DNA from: Antechinus flavipes
Lineage: Eukaryota
Assembly (NCBI RefSeq): GCF_016432865.1
Contig: NC_067401.1
Span: 37,696,001 to 37,760,000, forward strand
Reading direction: 5' to 3'
DNA length: 64,000 bases
The notes below the pieces were generated by a model. The model ran no database searches, was not told the DNA's origin, and saw only the letters and a program-made list of their open reading frames with translations. Shown piece by piece: positions 12,491 to 25,665 of the stretch. How positions within the stretch are numbered: the first letter of the stretch is position 1; every line of letters begins with the position of its first letter. A program made the translations under genes and the position numbers.

Positions 12491-13049
12491 CCTATCTGCT
12501 GTGTCCTGAAAAGGAAGATTATTCTTCATCCACCATATGAGTGCCATGAACTGAATGGGTGTGAGAGGAAGTGCTTCTCTTCCTAAGATCCTTTTTAAAA
12601 CCTTCTTTTCTGTGTTGTTTGTACACTTTATGTGTGGGACATGATCCCACCTATCTGGGAGTTTGAGCCATAATAAACTAAGATTATAAGAGGAATAGTG
12701 CAGCCAGACAGACCTGGTGGAAGCCCTAAGAAGCCAAGGGATTGGAATTTAAACCCACATGTTTTGGACTTGAAACTGGTACCAGGTTCTCTCTGAACTA
12801 AATTGAGCCTGACCCCTTTTCCTTTCCCAGAGACTGAGGTGGTACAAAGAAGCTAGAGGATTGTGTTTCACATGGTATGGGGGAGAAAGTGTGTTATTTG
12901 TGATTATTCCTCCTGAAGTAGATTTTTTGGGTCTGAATTAGATGCATTCACATGGTATGGGATTCAGGTCACTACATTAAGCAATATGGACATGCTCCAA
13001 GGTCCCTCAAGGATGTCTACATTTTAGATGAACTAGATATGCTCAGACC

Positions 13050-13925
13050 AGCCTGGAGCACATATATAATACAATTTATTAATCTATTTTCCAATAAAGG
13101 GACATCTAGATTTCCAGTTCTTTGCTACCACAAAAAGGGCTGCTAATATTTTGATTGTATGGAAGCTTTCTCTCAGTCTTTGATCTTCTTGAGTGTACAA
13201 GCTTAGTAGTGGAATCTCTGCGTTAAAAGATATGAACATTTAACTCTTAAAAAAAAAAAAACAACAAGCATAATCTGACTTGCTTTGATCATCTTTGTGT
13301 GCTTTTTTAAGCACAAGGACAAATTTCTTTCCAGAATAGTTAGAGCAATTCATGGTACTACTATCAGCATTATGTGTCTATCTTCTCATATCCCCTCCAA
13401 AATTGCTTATTTCTTTTGTTAGTTCTCCAATTTTCTAGGCAAAATATATTGGAACTGTTTGATTTCTATCTCTTAATGATTTAGAACTATCTTTCACATA
13501 TACATTCAGAATTTTAAAATCTACTTTTGAGAATCCTTTGTTCACATACTTTTGTTCACTTATCCATTGGGAAATGAAATGTAATCTATATCTATATATC
13601 TTCTATATAAGACCTTTTTAGAGAGATTTGATGGACCATTCTCCCTCTCTCTCAAAATGAAACTTTCTCTTCTTATCTTCACTGTTTCAATTTTGTTCAT
13701 GGAAAAGTTTTTTCCATTTAATATAATAGAAACTATTGAATCTTTTGTGATCTTTTCTTTTCTTTGCTTAGTTAAAATTACACGTAAGGACAGAGTTCAA
13801 CAGTTGTAAGATTTTGAGTTCCATTTTTTTTCTTCTTCCATTTCTTTCCCTCCCTCTTCCTTAAGGCAGCAAGCAATCTGATATAGTTTACACATGTACA
13901 TTTTAAACACATTTCCATATTAATC
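13050..13925 (-). mobile_element. Old L1 3' fragment
   Basis: atttccagttctttgctaccacaaaaagggctgct and tttccagaatagtt-type stretches resemble antisense L1 ORF2 end/3'UTR. Boundaries approximate. Confidence 0.6.
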
Positions 13926-14367
13926 ATGTTGTAACATATGAATTCTCAGTCTAGTCAATGGCTAAAAGTGGAAAAAAAGCTGTAGCTTCTCACTGAAGAG
14001 CAGAGACACTAGGTCCAGAGATGACCCTTTGACCACCCAGGCCAGCCACAGCAGAATATGGCAGAAGCCAGCAGAGCCACCAAAGGACCTGCTTGACCCA
14101 GCTTAGCCCCTTGTAAGCCCTTCTAGTTTAGATCTTTCCCAGGGAATAGTCGCCCACTTGGGTCACCAGTCCAGGATGATATCATGCCCTGTAAAAAGCC
14201 AATCCAATTGAATAGGGAAAATTTTTGAGGACCTTTTGGAGAGAAGAATATCAAGGCCCACCTAAAGTATTAGAGTTGGAAGTTGATTTTCTTTTTATTT
14301 TGAATTCATGCATATACTTTCCCCATTCTGGATTCTAGAGTTTTTTATTTTATTTAAGTAAATTAAT

Positions 14368-14502
14368 TATTTTTGCTGAGGCAATTGGGGTTAAGTGACT
14401 TGCCCAGGGCCACATAACTAGGAAGTGTTAAGTGTATGAGATCAGATTTGAACTCAGGTCCTCCTGACTTCATTCTCTATCCACTGTACCACATAGCTTT
14501 CC
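14368..14502 (-). mobile_element. Short marsupial SINE (WSINE1-like) with 8 bp TSD
   Basis: gctgaggcaattggggttaagtgacttgcccaggg...gatttgaactcaggtcctcctgact, flanked by AAATTAAT at 14360-14367 and 14503-14510. Confidence 0.8.
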
Positions 14503-14799
14503 AAATTAATGCCTTTCTTAAAGAATCAACTGAATCACTGGTGGGGCTTTGTGAGTCAACAATTAAGAGAATAGATACCTAGAGGGTTATCCCTACAATG
14601 TTGGAAGTACTGAAGGCTTCCAGTGACTATGTCCTTTAGGTATGTTAAGTGGGAGTGATTATGTTGCATGAGCACTGTTCACTATAGTGTGAATTAACTT
14701 ACTATTTTCTTAAAGTGAAATGAATGCTAACTATTACATCAGTGGAGAGTGTTTCCCTATGCGTATTCCATATATTAATGATGTCTTGACTGAAGTGTG

Positions 14800-15120
14800 A
14801 ATTATATTTAGGTAAGGAAGAATTGTGCAAAATTGTCAGCCTTGCTCTTCCAGAATCATCAACATCTAAAGACAAGACATAAGTCAAGACAACCGTGATG
14901 GCCCAAAATGCATTGGATGATATTGGTATTGGTATCTTTGATGTCTGACCAAGCTCTATGCACTTCACAGCACCTGCTTCAGCCATATTCATAGCCTTTG
15001 AAACAAGTTATTTTTAAACACCCATTTTGCTGAGGAAAATCTTCACATATTTGACAGATACAAGGCCTGTTGATTATCTTCTACCTGGTTTAGCAAGTTT
15101 GCTTGAATGGTTTACTGAAA
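14800..15120. mobile_element. RTE-related marsupial SINE (WALLSI-like)
   Basis: gatggcccaaaatgcattggatga...gatgtctgaccaagctcta...cacagcacctgcttcagcc resembles a marsupial RTE-type SINE. Recognised from memory; ends and strand uncertain. Confidence 0.5.
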
Positions 15121-15608
15121 TGTGGTCAATATATATATATTACAGATTCTCAGAGCCATGGATGAGAGTTGGGTGGTAGGTAGACACCCAAGATAGATAA
15201 GCATCCTGAAAAGGACTTGACAAGCTCAAACACCAGAGGTTGGGAAGAGGGATTAGGCAATCCAACTTGAGCACCCCAGTTGGCAGATTGTCACTACATG
15301 GAAGGAGGATGCTAAGTAGTAGATAGAGAGAGCTCATGACCATCTCAGTTTTGTGAGGAAGGATGGGGAAAGAGAGATATCAAGCAGCAGTGATTGGGGA
15401 GAATGTGGTATTTCTCCAGTCAGAGGATGAGAAGGAGGTAGTTCTTCAAAATCCAAGTGCTTTTTCTATTTTGGGACCACCTGAACAAACAAAAACCCAT
15501 ATGGAACTAACCAGCCTAATCTGGCCTTTTAACAGAATAAAGAGAAATTCTGGGGGACCATTGACAATAAGAAAAATTTTTAGTTTACAGCATAGAAAAA
15601 TTGTAGCA

Positions 15609-15862
15609 AGCTAGGTGGCATAGTGAATAGAGTGCTAGGCTTAGACTCAAGAAGACTAATTTTCTTGAGTTCAAATCCCAGTTCAGATACTAGGTGTGTG
15701 ACTCTGAACAAATCATTTAACCCTATTTGCCTCAGTTTCCTCATCTGTAAAATGAGTTGGAGAAGGAAATGGAAAACTACTTCTGTATCTTTACCAAGAA
15801 AACCCCTAATAGGGTCATGAAGAGTTGGACAGGAATACAAGAGTGTGAATAACAAATAGAAA
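15609..15862 (+). mobile_element. MAR1-like SINE abutting the gene 3 poly(A) region
   Basis: agctaggtggcatagtgaatagagtgct...cctcatctgtaaaatgagttggagaaggaaatgg...gggtcatgaagagttggaca. Confidence 0.8.
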
Positions 15863-15902
15863 AATTGTGACCAGGAAGCAATTGTGACCAGAAACAAGGA
15901 GG

Positions 15903-15908
15903 TTTATT
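15903..15908 (-). terminator. Polyadenylation signal of gene 3
   Basis: AATAAA on - (acaacAATAAA). Confidence 0.8.
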
Positions 15909-16134
15909 GTTGTAAAAGATAAATAAGGTGAGGTTTGGGTCCAACTTTGAAATGTAAGGTTTTGGAATAAGATCAAATATCTTCTTGAACTTTGTAAGTC
16001 CCTTCAGAGTATTTCAGCTACCCATCCACGATCCTGAAAAGAGGGATAATGAAGATGAAATGAGAGTGAGGGATCAGTGTCAGGAGCATTTTTTCATTTC
16101 TAAGACACTGCTCTTCTTAGTCAAAGGGATTAGA

Positions 16135-16551
16135 TTAACAGCAGCCCCCGGAGCTACCACAACAGCCTCCAGAGCTCCCACAGCAGCCCCCGGATTGCTG
16201 GCTGCTCCCACTACCACTGTCACAGCAGTCAGACCTCTGGTGTCTGCGTCTGTGGGATCTCCTGTGATGGGAAAAGAGGCAGCAGCCACCCCCAGAGCCA
16301 GAGCTGCAGCATCCCCCAGAGCTGCAGCATCCTCCAGAACTGGACCCACAGCATCCCCCAGAGCTGCAGCATCCTCCAGAGCTAGAGCCACAGCAGGAAG
16401 AGACTGGAGGAGGACATGGAGCCTGGGGAGGACACTTGGGGGGACACTTGGGTGGGCACTTGGGTGGACATTTAGGAGTCTGACACTTGGGAGGACACTT
16501 AGGGGGGCACTTAGGGGCCTGGCACTGCTGCTGGCTTTGCTGGCAGGACAT
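16135..16551 (-). CDS. LCE: Late cornified envelope protein, gene 3 (138 aa, type B: PPQAPC / [11 protein letters not shown])
   Basis: Intact LCE ORF; acceptor ctttcag with AG at 16574-16573. Confidence 0.95.
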   Translation of the reverse strand: MSCQQSQQQCQAPKCPPKCPPKCQTPKCPPKCPPKCPPKCPPQAPCPPPVSSCCGSSSGGCCSSGGCCGSSSGGCCSSGGCCSSGSGGGCCLFSHHRRSHRRRHQRSDCCDSGSGSSQQSGGCCGSSGGCCGSSGGCC

Positions 16552-16844
16552 CTTGATAGGAGTTCAATAAACCTGAAAGACAGTAAACAATATGTTTAAA
16601 TTGATGAAATCAAGCCTTAAAAGCATTCTTCAGTATAATTGATCCACAGTGTAATGGTGAATTTTGCCTAGAAGACATCAGTATCCAAAAAGAAAAGACT
16701 TAACAAAATAATGTGTCAAATGGGTTGGAATTTGGGAAGAGGGAATGTTTATTTTATATCAATTCAGGAGATCAGTAACGTTTTCTCCCTCTCTTCCTGT
16801 CTGTCTGTCAGTTTTCCCTTCTTTCTGTCTCTCTTTGTGTTTGT

Positions 16845-16905
16845 GTGTGTATATATAAATACATACACACATATGTACATATGCACATATACATATACAT
16901 ATATA
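16845..16905. repeat. Intronic (TG)/(TA)/(CA) microsatellite in gene 3
   Basis: Seen directly. Confidence 0.8.
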
Positions 16906-17340
16906 CCTCTTGGATACTGCAGAATGAGAAAAATATTAAACTCATAAGGGTTAAGCAGTGATATTTGTGTTCCACAGGACAAAGGACACCCTGAGGACAT
17001 CCTTTGAATTCTAGTACCTTGCAGTTTCTGGTACCTCAGATTACTGCTGCTCCTTCCTGTCCTAACCCCTTTACCCGGAAACCAGTCCCTTTTCACCTTG
17101 TTTTCTGGGAATATCCAAATTAGACATCAATCTAAAACAAATCCAAAGTATAAGCTTCTATTTTTCACCAGTTGCTGTACTTCTCACACAGTTTAACTCT
17201 TTCTTCTCCAGCCCCTCTATCCATCTTCCTTCATTTCCTCAGCTGTCTTCCCTCCCACTTCTCTCTTCTGTCTTTTGTTCTCCTCTCTCCACAAATACTG
17301 CCCTTCCAGCCTCTCCCTGGGATCTCATGCAGACACTTAC

Positions 17341-17419
17341 CCGATCACAGACACAGACAGGAGCTTTCTGCTGAAGAACCAGAATGAGTGAGGAACCAAG
17401 GGCAGGGACATCTTTTATA
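17341..17419 (-). promoter_or_regulatory. Gene 3 TATA box (17413-17419) and non-coding exon 1 (~17389 to 17341); intron 16573-17340
   Basis: TATAAAA on -, donor gtgatcgg|gtaagtg. Confidence 0.85.
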
Positions 17420-20112
17420 GCCGTCTCAGGCTGAGTTGTTAGCATGAGATCTAGCTCTCTAGGAATAAGAGCATCTTTCACAACTCCTGGCATGTGGCAG
17501 GTGATTCCTGACATTCTCCAAACTCATATACACTGACATGTGCCAGCTCATGGATCATTAAGGTACTGGAGGATATTAGAAGTCCTTTAATCTGATTACC
17601 TCATTCTATAGATGAAGACACTGATGTACAGAGTGACAATAAGGTCACAGAAGCAGTGAATAGATTAAGCAGATTAAACCAGAGTTCCTCAAAATGAAGT
17701 CCATACCCTTTTTATCATAACAGGTCAAGGCATATCCAAGACAATTTTTCTAGTAAGTTGGGATCCAGATGCTGCTTTCACGTTCTTTGTAAAGACTGAG
17801 AGCCCTCCATTCACATAGCAATTTAGGGAACTGCCACGAACTCTAGTCATTGGGCAAAAAGCTCAGGGGGTTTCAGTCATTGAGTCTCTGTTCATCCCTC
17901 AGAAATTTTTACATGGCCCCATGACCCACGGTCCTGTATAACATGCAGTGGGGGAAATTTCTTAAGTTGGAGTTAAGGGATCTCAATTCAATTCTTTCTT
18001 CTGCCTTTTAGTACCTGTATGAATTAGGAAAAGTCACTCCAACTCCCAGGCTGGATTTTTCATCTCTAAAATGAAGCAAATAGAATACATGACTTCTAAA
18101 ATCCTTCTAATATCTAATCTAATTCCACAGTGGAGCCTGGACCATTTCACCTTGTCTTTAGCTTCATATGGACTTGTTCCAGTGGGTTTTTACCTTTATA
18201 GCTCTATTCCTACACAAAACATCCCTCAACTCTGACCTTTGAATCTGTCCTTCCATCGCTCCATCCTGGAGACAATGAACAGTGACCCAAAGTAAAAGAC
18301 CTACTTTTTCTCACATTCCCACCAGTCTTTTTGCAGACAGCAATCCAACAGTTGGGAGTAAGTCACCATCCATCCATTTATCCATTATATACATTCAGCA
18401 ATTAGTTGAGTATATGATTTTGTACTAAGAGTTTCTGAGGAGAAAAAAGTGAATTACACGGTTACTATCCTTAAAAATATTACTGCAAATAGTAGCTAAA
18501 GTTTATCTAGCCCAGGGAGGCTAAGTCAGAGCTCTTTTAATCCTCAGTCCAATCCTGGGGGACAGTTTCTATGGACTTTCCCAGTTGTACAGCTGAGAAA
18601 GCCGAGTTTGAGAGAAATTCAGTAACTTGCCCAGGGTCATACAACTAGGAAACATCTGAGGCAAGATATTAATCCTAAATCTGTATCCTTCTCAAGAGAT
18701 ATCAAATTCACAAATGACTATAATTCAGTGTAAGATAAGAGAAATACCTAAAGACTTATACTGACTCCAGGATATAGAAGGGTAAAGTAGTGAGTGATTA
18801 TTTCTCTCTGGGGACACTCTGATCGTCTGCATAGATGAGGTACTATCTGATGAATTTGGATAAGAATGATTTGTACTTTGCTTTTTGTCTTCCCAAAATA
18901 TCAATAATTTCCCCATTATAATACGCTGCCTCCCATCCCATTAACATGTGTTTCTTAATGTTTACTTGTTCATGACACACTTGTCACTCTGCCAAGACCT
19001 TGGAACACCTTGGGATAAATATTTCTTCTTTTCTTGCCAACATAAAGTCATCCTTCAGGTTAAGCACTTGTTCATTCTCTTTTTTTATCTCTTTCTATCT
19101 GATATACAACCACATGAAAATTCATGTACTCTGTCAAAAATGAATAAGACAGAAATCATCCATCCCCTTTCCTTTACAGTCCCTGGAGAATATTTCTTCA
19201 CCTAAAGGAAGATAGAAAAGAAAGGCCAGGACATGAGGCAGTGTTTCATTGTACAGCATACCATGTCCCAGTTGCCAGTCCTGTCCCAAAGCTGTCATTG
19301 ATGTTTTGTCTCATATGTGTATAGATAGTCTTCAAATTTCGTTTTTGAATAAAACAACTCATCTGACAGTCCTTTAGAGGGAGTCTAATGGAAAAAGGTA
19401 TATCCATGCCTGGGATTGGGCTGGTTGGGGTAGGGGGCATGTATTTTAAGGAAAAATGATTCCACAAAACCCCAAATTTGCCATACATGTGTATTGAAGA
19501 GAGCAAAAAATACACTTTTATATATTTAACATATACTTAAAATTAAAATAAAAAATTACTTTATGGAAGAATTAGCCTGATTAATTTAAAAAGAATTTTC
19601 CTTGTTCATCAAAATGAAAATTAATTTAAAAAACTTTTTGTTTTTTAATTTAATGTGGTATGATACAGTGACAAAAGGCCTAGAGATAAAACTAGAGCAC
19701 CTGGGTGAGATTTAGATTCTGCCATTTTATTCCCTGCGAGACTTTCTTTAAATCACTTCCACTGTTAGAGTCTCAATACATTCAACAGTAAAGTGAAAGA
19801 TTGACTTAGATAAACTCTGAGCTCTATTCTGGCTCTAAATCAATTATTCTTTGATCTTATTATTGGAAGTTACCCCTGGAGATATATGAGTCTAGAGATC
19901 CTTGCATTCCTGTTGACTTTAGTAATGATGATGGCATAGATGGTGATAAAGGTGGTGAGGATCATATGAGATAAAGGCGGTACCTGGGCTTGGCCAACTT
20001 GAAAGTACTTAGGTGCCTTTCTATGATGAAGAAGACTGAAATGGCAATGATGATAGCAGGAAAGGATCCAGAACTGCTCATTACCTAGTCCCCACCCGAC
20101 TAGTCAGCTACA

Positions 20113-20271
20113 GTTTTATTTTTGAAAGCTTTTTATTTTCAAAACATATACATAGATAATTTTCAACATTCATCTTTGCAAAACCTTGTGTTCCAAATTT
20201 TTTCACTTTTCTTTTCCCCCTACCCCTTCCCATAGATGGCAAGAAATGCAATATATATTAAACATGTACAA
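20113..20271 (-). mobile_element. 5'-truncated L1 3' end with 9 bp TSD
   Basis: T-rich start and L1 3'UTR-like sequence; TCAGCTACA at 20104-20112 and 20272-20280; the paralogous site near 28627 is empty. Confidence 0.8.
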
Positions 20272-22724
20272 TCAGCTACAATTCTAGACACTCAACACAA
20301 AGTTTATGGTTTAGAGCCTTAGGGAAGGAATGAGACCTGTCTCTATACTTACCCTCCCCCATGAAAGACTAAACTAGAAGAAAAGTTGAGAGATTGTATC
20401 AAACTTAAGTGCATTCTATCAGTAAGGAGATAAGAGGATGGTTCAGGTGATTTCTCTGGATTCCTATTTTGTCAGGAATAAGAAAGGAGTTCTGATTTGG
20501 GATATGGAGACAAGGGACTTCAAAGAGGTTAGGGAAGCAAAGGGAAAGAGCTGAGGATGCAGTATTGGGTTTTGCCAAAAGAAACAGTTGTCAATAATGG
20601 AAGAGTGTGAGCAATCCATATAAGGGGAAATAGAAAGCTACTAATTCAATAGCCAGGAGAGCTAGAAAGAATGGTTCATTTTAAGTAACTCATTTTCCCA
20701 CCTGCTGGTTGGAGTAAAGTTGACCTCATCAAATGTAGTTTCAAAGGCTTAGTGGGTAAAGTGCTGAATTTAAGATCAAGAAGACGTGAGGTTGCATTCT
20801 GTCTTAATCATTGTGTGAATTTAGTTAAATAATTGACTTTTCTCAGTTTCAGTGTCCTCATCTGTGAAATGGGCATAATGGTTCTTACCTTATAGAGTTG
20901 TTGTGAGTATCATATGAGATCACGGAGGTAGAGTGCTTTCAACTTTAACTCACTATATAAATGGTGGGAAGATGATGAGGTGAAATCATTGTAGAGGAAC
21001 CATGCAACATGGTCAGCTTCCTCTTTCTGTTCAGGACTCTGTGATTGAGAGATGGCCTTTCCTTCAGCATTCCCCATTCAGAAGAGGGGCAGCTGACCAG
21101 CTTGACCATTTTCCTCTAATCCACATACAACAATGAGAATCCTATAATCTTAATCACAGAATTGTCTTTTTGCACATTTTCCAATCATTTTTATCTCACA
21201 AGTACTACCTCTTGTTTTGATTACTGGGCATCTCTCTTGGAATCTTTGGATATTTCTTTCTTGTTTCTTCCTGGTATCATTCTTCTTTCTTCCAAGTCTC
21301 TCATCTTCTTAGTCTTTGGCTTTTCTGGTGAGAATTGCTTTTTTATCATTCATTTTCTCTAGAACTGGTCATCCCTCTAGTTATAGGGATTTTTTTGTTT
21401 TGTTGGTGATTCCATTTTCTTCAGGAAACAATGATGATTTACAACAAATTTAACATTAAATTTAATTATAAATTAAATAACCCCCAAACTTACAACTTTT
21501 CCCTTTACCTAACTCACATTGGAAAAAAGGGAAGATTATTCATTTAATACAAAATCTCAATATAAATACTAATTAAAAAGTCATTCTAGTAGAGCAGTCT
21601 GAGTGCTGTCCTGTGGACAGAATAGAGTTATAGGCCCCTTTGGGGCCAGGGCTTATGCTGTGATCATGTAACAAAGGACTAGGAAACTGTGGCCAGCATT
21701 TGAAGGCTACATCTAAGATACCTTCATTTCTCCCTGAAACATTTCTCTCCACTCTCCACTGGCTTCACAGCATCATATGATCCCAGAATGCTGGGGTTCC
21801 AAAGGGCCCCAGTGACCATCCTGACCAATTCATATGCAAAAGAAATCCCTACTCTAGTACACCTGACTGGTGATCACCCAGTCTGCTTCCAATTTCATTT
21901 TTTGAGATATGATACTTTTAGGTGAAAGCTGAATCTTTTAGTGCTGGATTTGTTGATTTTGGATTAAAGGGACTTGGGTTTAACTATAGATTCTGACACT
22001 GACATTGGAGAGTTAGAAATTGAGTGTCTAAAATTGTAATTGACTAATGGTATGGGGATAAAGAGACATGGTCCATGATAGATGTCATAGACAATCATGT
22101 GTAATAAAAAGTAAAGTCCAGCTTAGCTCCAAGGTATCTAAGAAAACCATAAAAAAAGAGCTATAATTCATTCATCAACAATGTAATACTAAAAAGTGAA
22201 TTTGATGAGGATGAATAAACTTTGTAGCAACTACTTTACAGATGAGTTCACTCTCTTCAGGGGCCTAGAGTGAGGGATGAGTATGTTCCAGATTTTGGTG
22301 TGGGGGAAAATGTTTATCCTTCTTATCTTGATATAAATTTTTTCAATGAATCCATCCATCTAGCTGATGTTAATTTATTAAACAATACTGTGGTATTAAA
22401 ATTTGAAAATAAAACTAATATAAAGCAGATATTATTACTAGAGATTGGTATTGAGGAGAAAACACTGAAATAGGTTCTCAAGCGAACAGCATTAGAAAAA
22501 GATACTTGGAATCCCTTAGTAGTACCTCTAGAACATAAGGAGAGTTGGGATGAGGATCCCCACATCCTCACTCTGGGTTACATGATGATAAAGGATTGCT
22601 TTATCTTATAATTTGTGTATATTTTCCTTAACTTCACATACATATCTGAATGAATCCATCCCCTGTCCTTTACCCAATGAATTATTGATTAGAATAAAGA
22701 ATGAAAAAAAAAAAGAAGCTTTGT

Positions 22725-23342
22725 TTTCTTTTAATTAAAACATTTTATTTTCAAAACTTACACATGGATAATCTTTCAACAATGATCCTTGTAAAACTTT
22801 GTGTTACAGATTTTCCCCTTCCTCCCACCCCCTACCCTAGATGACAAGTAATTTAATATGTTAAACAGGTTTAAAATATGTTAAATCCAATATATGGATA
22901 TATATTTATACAATTATCATGCTGCACAAGAAAAATCAGATCAAAAAGGAAAAAAATGAAAAAAAAAGACAAAATGCAAGCAAACAACAACAAAAAGGGT
23001 GAAAATGCTATGCTATGATTCACACTCAATTACCACAGTCCTCTCTCTGGGTGTAGACGGTTCTCATCATACAAGACCATTGGAACTGATCTCAATCATC
23101 TCATTGTTGAAAAGAGCCACATCTATCAAAAATAATCTTCATATAGTCCTCTTATTGCCATGTACAATGACCTTCTGGTTCTGTTCATTTCACTCAGCAT
23201 CAGTTCATGTAAGTCTCTCCAGACCTTTCCGAAATCATCCTGCTGATTGTTTCTTATAGAGCAATAACATTCCATAACATTCATATACCATAATTTATTC
23301 TGCAACTGTTGTACATCTAACTCAGTTTCTAGAAACTCTTTT
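22725..23342 (-). mobile_element. 5'-truncated L1 (ORF2 end plus 3'UTR) with near-perfect 12 bp TSD
   Basis: Minus-strand translation includes WRDLHELMLSEMNRTRRSLY (L1 ORF2 C-terminus-like); aagaagctttgt at 22713-22724 vs aagaatctttgt at 23343-23354. Confidence 0.8.
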
Positions 23343-24300
23343 AAGAATCTTTGTAAAATCAACTAATAGGCTAACCAAGTCTGACAGTGTATACCCTATT
23401 CCACAGCCAAAGACCTTCATTTCTACAAGGCAAAGAAGACATATTTTCTCATTTTTTTGCTGCTAAGTTCAGTCATTAATGAATTGTCTTACAGTATTTT
23501 TTACTGAAGCTAAAATATAATTTTGAGCTAGGACCCTTGAGTAAATAGATCTGAGGAAAAGGGAGAAGACCAATAGAGGTCCAGAAAGCATGCGAAAATA
23601 CCCAGAAAGGTTGTAGAGAAGTGAAGTTAGAGGACCTGGGGGTTGGTCCTGGGTATTGAAATTGTTCTTAAGGTGATGAAGAGTCCCTAGAAAGACAATG
23701 GTAGATGTTAAAATACAACAACTTTTCTGAGATTCAGAAGATTGTAACCAGTGAGAGGGACAGCCCAGTGCCAGAGAGAGAGCTTCAGAATGGGACAGTG
23801 TTGAATATGTCTGTGCTCTGAGTCAAAGAGCGAGGGCTAGTGTAAATAGGGAAAAGGAAGTAGGGATAGCTCAAACCACCCTAACTTTGAATCATCTAAC
23901 AGAAAGAGCTAGATCCTCCTGAATCCCCCTACCAGGCTCTGTCTCTTGAGTCTTTCTGCTTCCAGCAGAAGATTGTTCCCCTATCTGATTAATCTCTCTC
24001 CTTTTCATCTTGGATTGAGCCTTGGCCTTTCCCTGGTGACTCAGAGTCAGAGGCACCTGTGTTGAGGCACATTTGTCTTCAGGGATGGGTGTTTTGATTT
24101 CTATACAGATACCTTCTGTGTCTCCTTCAATCTGAAGGAAAGGGACCTTACCCAGCCTTTCAGCCCTACCACCAACAATCACTACTTGGGCATCAAGGCA
24201 TTATTCAGAGGAGTTTGTGGGACCATTAACAAGAAGGGAACCTTGAATGAAGTTGTAAAGGGAAAAAATAGAATAAGAGGCAGTTTTAATTAGAAAAAAC

Positions 24301-24306
24301 TTTATT
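24301..24306 (-). terminator. Polyadenylation signal of gene 4
   Basis: AATAAA on - (gcaaaAATAAA). Confidence 0.8.
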
Positions 24307-24508
24307 TTTGCTTGGGATACATGAGAAAGAGAAGGATGCTTTATTTCTGAGAGGCTGAGATAAAATGAAGTGATTAACCTTACTTCTCTCCATCCCCTAA
24401 GAAATCTGAAAAGTTCAAATCAAGATGGAGAGAGGCTAAGGAATGAGGAGGAAAGAGAGTAGAGTCAGTTAATTGCTTCTTCTGTTTCTCTTAGGTCAGG
24501 GCTTCAGA

Positions 24509-24907
24509 TCAGCAGCAGCCCCCAGAGCTCCCACAGCAACCTCCAGAGCTTCCACAGCAGCCTCCAGATTGTTGGCTGTGCCCACTGCCACTGTCACAGC
24601 AGTCAGACCTCTGGTGTCTGCGTCTGTGGGATCTCCTGTGATGGGAAAAGAGGCAACAGCCACCCCCAGAGCCAGAGCTGCAGCATCCCCCAGAGCTAGA
24701 CCCACAGCATCCCCCAGAGCTGCAGCATCCTCCAGAGCTAGAGCCACAACAGGAGGACACTGGAGGAGGGCATGGAGCCTGGGGAGGGCACTTGGGAGGA
24801 CACTTGGGTGGACACTTGGGTGGGCACTTTGGTGTCTGACACTTGGGAGGACACTTAGGGGGACACTTAGGGGCCTGGCACTGCTGCTGGCTTTGTTGGC
24901 AGGACAT
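24509..24907 (-). CDS. LCE: Late cornified envelope protein, gene 4 (132 aa, type B)
   Basis: Intact LCE ORF; acceptor AG at 24930-24929. Confidence 0.95.
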   Translation of the reverse strand: MSCQQSQQQCQAPKCPPKCPPKCQTPKCPPKCPPKCPPKCPPQAPCPPPVSSCCGSSSGGCCSSGGCCGSSSGGCCSSGSGGGCCLFSHHRRSHRRRHQRSDCCDSGSGHSQQSGGCCGSSGGCCGSSGGCC

Positions 24908-25585
24908 CTTGGTGGGAGTTCAGTAAATCTGAAAGACAATAGAGGATTTTTTTTCCCAAATGGATGAAATCAAACCTTAAAAGCTTTCTTCACTTGAAAA
25001 TGATTACTAAAATGATGGTGAATTTTATCTAAAAGACATCAGTATCCAGAAAGAAAAGGCTTAACAAAATCAATCCTGTATTAAAATGCATTTGAGATGG
25101 ACTTGAAGGAACACGCATTTTATAACAATTGAGGAGATTATTCACAATTTCCTCCTCTCTGTCTCTCTGCCTCTATCTCTCCCTCTGTCTCTACATTCTG
25201 AGAATTGCAAAACTAGGCAACTATATAGTCTTAAAGGTTAAATAGTATTATGTGTGTCCTATGGAAAAGAGCATGGCTTCCTTCTACATTCTGAGATCAT
25301 TGCTCTTCCTCCTCTTCACCCCCACAGAGAAACCAGACCCTTTTCTGATTGATTTCTGGGGACATCCCAATAGAATCTCTACCCAGGCCAAAGATTCTAT
25401 TTTTAAACAGGCATTATATTTCTCACTCACTTTAACTCTTTCCTCCTCCTCAGTCCCTCTATCCATTTTTTTCATCCCAAATGTAACTCCTCTTCCCAAT
25501 TCGATCTCTCTTTGCTCTTCTTTTCCTTTTCTCTACTCCAGTAACCTACCCAAACTCTCCCCCAGGCCCTCATTCAGACACTCAC

Positions 25586-25665
25586 CCTGATTCAGACCTG
25601 GACAGGAGCTTTCTGCTGAAGAACCGGAGTGGATGAGGAGCTAGAGGCAGGGACACCTTTTTATA
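25586..25665 (-). promoter_or_regulatory. Gene 4 TATA box (25659-25665) and non-coding exon 1 (~25635 to 25586); intron 24929-25585
   Basis: TATAAAA on -, donor cagg|gtgagtg. Confidence 0.85.

Noticed and set aside
13930-14340. Possible LTR starting tgtaac after the old L1
   Set aside because: I could not find a matching CA end with a TSD, so it is unsupported without a repeat library search.
15985-16599. Long Ala/Arg-rich antisense ORFs over every LCE gene (also 1141-1527, 7289-7666, 24473-24967, 34214-34789, 43662-44240, 53242-53622, 61969-62445)
   Set aside because: Shadow frames of a repetitive GC-rich coding sequence poor in stop-codon complements. Starts and ends are inconsistent among paralogs, and no promoter or poly(A) support was seen.
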